39,258 nt of DNA from an uncultured Deferribacteres bacterium. Its GTDB lineage: Bacteria; Zhuqueibacterota; Zhuqueibacteria; Zhuqueibacterales; Geothermadaptataceae. Positions within the stretch are counted from its first letter, which is position 1; every line of letters starts with the position of its first letter. Where the stretch lies: contig CAXHAT010000061.1 in assembly GCA_964014485.1 (NCBI GenBank), positions 1-39,258 on the forward strand, written 5' to 3'. The notes beneath the pieces were generated by a model. It did no database searches. It was given only the letters and a program-made list of their open reading frames with translations, and had not been told where the DNA came from. The position numbers were made by a program, and so were the translations under genes. This document shows, piece after piece, positions 36,740-39,258 of this stretch.

Positions 36740-37593
36740 GCGCCTAACATTCTTGTTGCAAGAACTGCCGTAAGGCAACAATAAGTGAGCAAAGGTGCGA
36801 GCACTGCGAAAAGCGCTTTGCCGTGTACGGTTTCGTGCCCTTCGCGCAAGCCGATCACTGTGATATAGACGCCGAAAAAGATAGCGATGAACGGCCCGAG
36901 CAGCGGAATGGCCATAAAAACCATCACGCCGGAAGTATAAGCTGAAACGCGAAAAGTTGTGATGAATCCGTTTTTTGCCCCTCCGGTCATCATTAGCATG
37001 ACGTGCAAAACGATGGTTGACAGAAAAAGCCCCAGCACGACGTACATCGGAATGAGCAAAAGCTGGTCTTGCGGCGACGTTTCAGCGCGTGCGGCGAGCA
37101 GAGCTTGAAATGCGTCCTGATAGAGCGGCGGCATTTGATCCATCGACGATTCCAGAAAGCCGTAGAGCTTTGATTCCCAGAAAATGGAGAATAAATTGCC
37201 GACGGCGATGAAGATAAAACCGTAGAGAAACGGCAGGCTGATGCGCCCGCCGAGCGGCAGGTTTTTGAAAAAATTGACGGCGTTAAACAGCGACTCAGTC
37301 CAGGTGCCCGTGAGTCGCTGAAGGATGCTCAGCTCTGGCCGATTTTCCCATGCAATGCCAGCGCGTCCCTGAGGCTCTTCTTGCGTTTGGGCGGGTTCAG
37401 GCGCAGGGAGCGGGGCGGAAACCGGAACGGATTCAGCGGTTTCTTCAGATTCCGGTTTGTTCTCGTCTTCAATAATCGCCGGCGCGCCCTCGACCTTCGG
37501 GTAGAGCTTGACGCCGCAAAACGGGCAGAAATTGGGTTTGAGTCCTTCCGGAATGTCCTTGCCGCAAATCGGGCAATTTTCGTATTCGACCAT
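36736..37593 (-). CDS. Zinc-ribbon plus Yip1-like membrane protein
   Basis: CPICG..FCPFCG zinc ribbon, Pro/Glu linker, IAWE, multiple TMs with GFITTFRVSAY. Confidence 0.8.
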   Translation of the reverse strand: MVEYENCPICGKDIPEGLKPNFCPFCGVKLYPKVEGAPAIIEDENKPESEETAESVPVSAPLPAPEPAQTQEEPQGRAGIAWENRPELSILQRLTGTWTESLFNAVNFFKNLPLGGRISLPFLYGFIFIAVGNLFSIFWESKLYGFLESSMDQMPPLYQDAFQALLAARAETSPQDQLLLIPMYVVLGLFLSTIVLHVMLMMTGGAKNGFITTFRVSAYTSGVMVFMAIPLLGPFIAIFFGVYITVIGLREGHETVHGKALFAVLAPLLTYCCLTAVLATRMLGA

Positions 37594-37789
37594 ATATCGA
37601 AATCCTGGTTTTGCGAGGAATATCTATTTCGTGCTTAAAAATCGTCGCCCAAGCTAGAGAACGCAGAATAAAATACAAGGCAAAAAGATCGTTTGAGCAG
37701 GAGTCGGCGTGAGAAGGTTGCTTTGGAGGGAAATACAATAAAGGCGAAGGCCAAACAAAATGCGTCGGCCTTTTTGCAGAGGAGATTCT

Positions 37790-38179
37790 TTAGTTAACGT
37801 CTTGCGCTCGCGGCTGGAATTGCGTTGCAACGCGCTCCAGTACAACGTCTTCTTTGAGCGGATAATGCAGCACGTCGTCGCTGCCGGTGGAATAGGCGCG
37901 CTCAGCGTCTTCTCCGCCCATCTCACCGAAAACGGTGATGATTTTGAGCGCTTCATATTTCTTTTTAAGGCGCTGAATGGTTTTGTCGACGGATTTGCCG
38001 CTGGCGCTGTAACCACTGTAATCCGCGTCGAGAAAAATGAGCTCGGGCTTCTTGCGGCGAATCATGCGCATAAGCGTCGGCTCGTCTTCGGCGATTTCCA
38101 CGCGATAGTCTTCGCAGAGTGCGAGATATAAGCGCATTTGCGCTTCGAGTTCTTCGTTCAGGATAATGATCCGTTCCAT
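37790..38179 (-). CDS. Single-domain response-regulator receiver, atypical
   Basis: CheY-like pattern (KPELIFLD, GSDDVLHYP) with the conserved Lys and Thr/Ser apparently replaced. Confidence 0.7.
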   Translation of the reverse strand: MERIIILNEELEAQMRLYLALCEDYRVEIAEDEPTLMRMIRRKKPELIFLDADYSGYSASGKSVDKTIQRLKKKYEALKIITVFGEMGGEDAERAYSTGSDDVLHYPLKEDVVLERVATQFQPRAQDVN

Positions 38180-38298
38180 TATTGCGGTTCCGTGTTGTCT
38201 TCGCAGTCATTTTCCGTATTCACGCTCAGTAACTAGTGGCGCCGCGAAATGAATGCGTAAGGTTGGGAGAATATTTTGCAAGAAATGCAACAGAAAAG

Positions 38299-39069
38299 TT
38301 AAGATTTTTTGTCGATACTCCCAATTGTGACGCATGTATAAACAATGAGCATCTGCCCCGGTCCGTAGAGCAGCCAAATCACGTCGCCCATCATGTGAAA
38401 GCGCGCGCCGGTAAATAACTCGGCGGCGAGAATGAGATCGCTCAAAAGGAAGAAAGTCGCACCCAGTGCAAAAACGATAAATTTTTCGTTTAGCATAGCA
38501 AGACCTGTTGCAACGCCCGCCGTTGTCGCCAAGAGCAGGGAGTAGGGAAGAGCGGCCCAATGCAAAAACGACGCTTGTTGCCCGCGAAAAACGACAAAAT
38601 ACCAGCCCAAGACGCCGATCAACAGCCAGACCGCCCAAACAACAAGGCGCGTTTTTTGACCGCCCAAAGAGAGCTTCCCGCCGACGTGCAAAGCCGCCCA
38701 AATATAAAACATATGACCGAGCCCGAATGAAGCCATGCCGAAAATCACATGGTTCGAAACCGAAAATTGCCGCGCCATGAAAAAGTCGCCGAGGCACCCC
38801 AAAACCATGCCTGCCGCGATGAGCCTGCTGAAGCGCAAAAAAGCTGAATCCTTATGTTTGAATGTGAGCGCCAGAGCGGCTGCGATGAGCATGATTGAGG
38901 AAGCGAGTCGCGCCCAGGTCGGCATTCGATGCATGGCTTCAGAATCATATTCGCCGAAAATGAAGCCGCCAAAGAGAAAAACGCCCCAGAGCAAGAACCA
39001 AGGTGAGTGATTCGTGGGTTTGAAGTTAGAGAGTCGAGAAACTGAGAGCGTGTTCTGTTGCATGATCAT
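38299..39069 (-). CDS. YhhN / lysoplasmalogenase family membrane protein
   Basis: LGCLGDFFM, GMASFGLGHMFY, GATFFLLSDLILA, WLLYGPGQMLI. Confidence 0.88.
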   Translation of the reverse strand: MIMQQNTLSVSRLSNFKPTNHSPWFLLWGVFLFGGFIFGEYDSEAMHRMPTWARLASSIMLIAAALALTFKHKDSAFLRFSRLIAAGMVLGCLGDFFMARQFSVSNHVIFGMASFGLGHMFYIWAALHVGGKLSLGGQKTRLVVWAVWLLIGVLGWYFVVFRGQQASFLHWAALPYSLLLATTAGVATGLAMLNEKFIVFALGATFFLLSDLILAAELFTGARFHMMGDVIWLLYGPGQMLIVYTCVTIGSIDKKS

Positions 39070-39121
39070 TACCAGGTTTGGAAACTAGCGCGACATGACT
39101 ATCTTGAAAGATAATATTTTT

Positions 39122-39204
39122 AAGAGGCTGTTTTAAAAGTCCCGTAGGTATGTTTGATAATAGCCAGGCGATTTATCGCCTGGAACCGATGGTCTCTTAT
39201 AATC
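39122..39204. mobile_element. End of a MITE/REP element of the same family as 32452-32671
   Basis: AAGAGGCTGTTTTAAAAGTCC...TTGATAATAGCCAGGCGATTTATCGCCTGGAACC matches the reverse complement of about 32600-32672. Confidence 0.75.
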
Positions 39205-39258
39205 TGATGTTACGCGCCAGCTTCATAATACAGCAACCTTTTATCAAAGTCATTCGGC

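Overview
Bacterial genomic window with about 35 protein genes, mostly on the minus strand, and no rRNA, tRNA, CRISPR array, integrase or transposase gene. The gene style (membrane-anchored AraC, long MacB/FtsX permease, LytS/LytTR, S41-TPR peptidase, spmA/spmB, many REP/MITE palindromes) suggests an FCB-associated lineage such as KSB1 or Calditrichota; this is weak inference. Left part: VOC protein, HTH-VapC toxin-antitoxin pair, secreted hydrolases, AraC cluster, GNAT and GGT. The centre (16.3-25.6 kb) is the most interesting block, a co-oriented minus-strand module. It runs from a sigma-54 activator with a degenerate (Asp->Glu) receiver, through triple enhancer-like palindromes, an IHF site and a -24/-12 promoter, a small ORF, groES-groEL, an acidic exported protein and a three-hairpin structured RNA. 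It ends in an operon of a threonine-synthase-like PLP enzyme, a DUF1611 (DgcN-like) protein and a MurL/QueC-like PP-loop domain fused to a creatininase-family amidohydrolase, a candidate uncharacterised amino-acid acylation/epimerisation/deacylation pathway. Right part: gene remnants (CPA2 antiporter, higA, sulfatase), ABC permease, FeeM/LuxI-like acyltransferase, enolase-superfamily enzyme, LytS/LytTR, spmAB and membrane proteins. At least seven intergenic MITE-like elements with different terminal inverted repeats each enclose REP-like palindromes. All family assignments come from motif recognition by eye, not from database searches.
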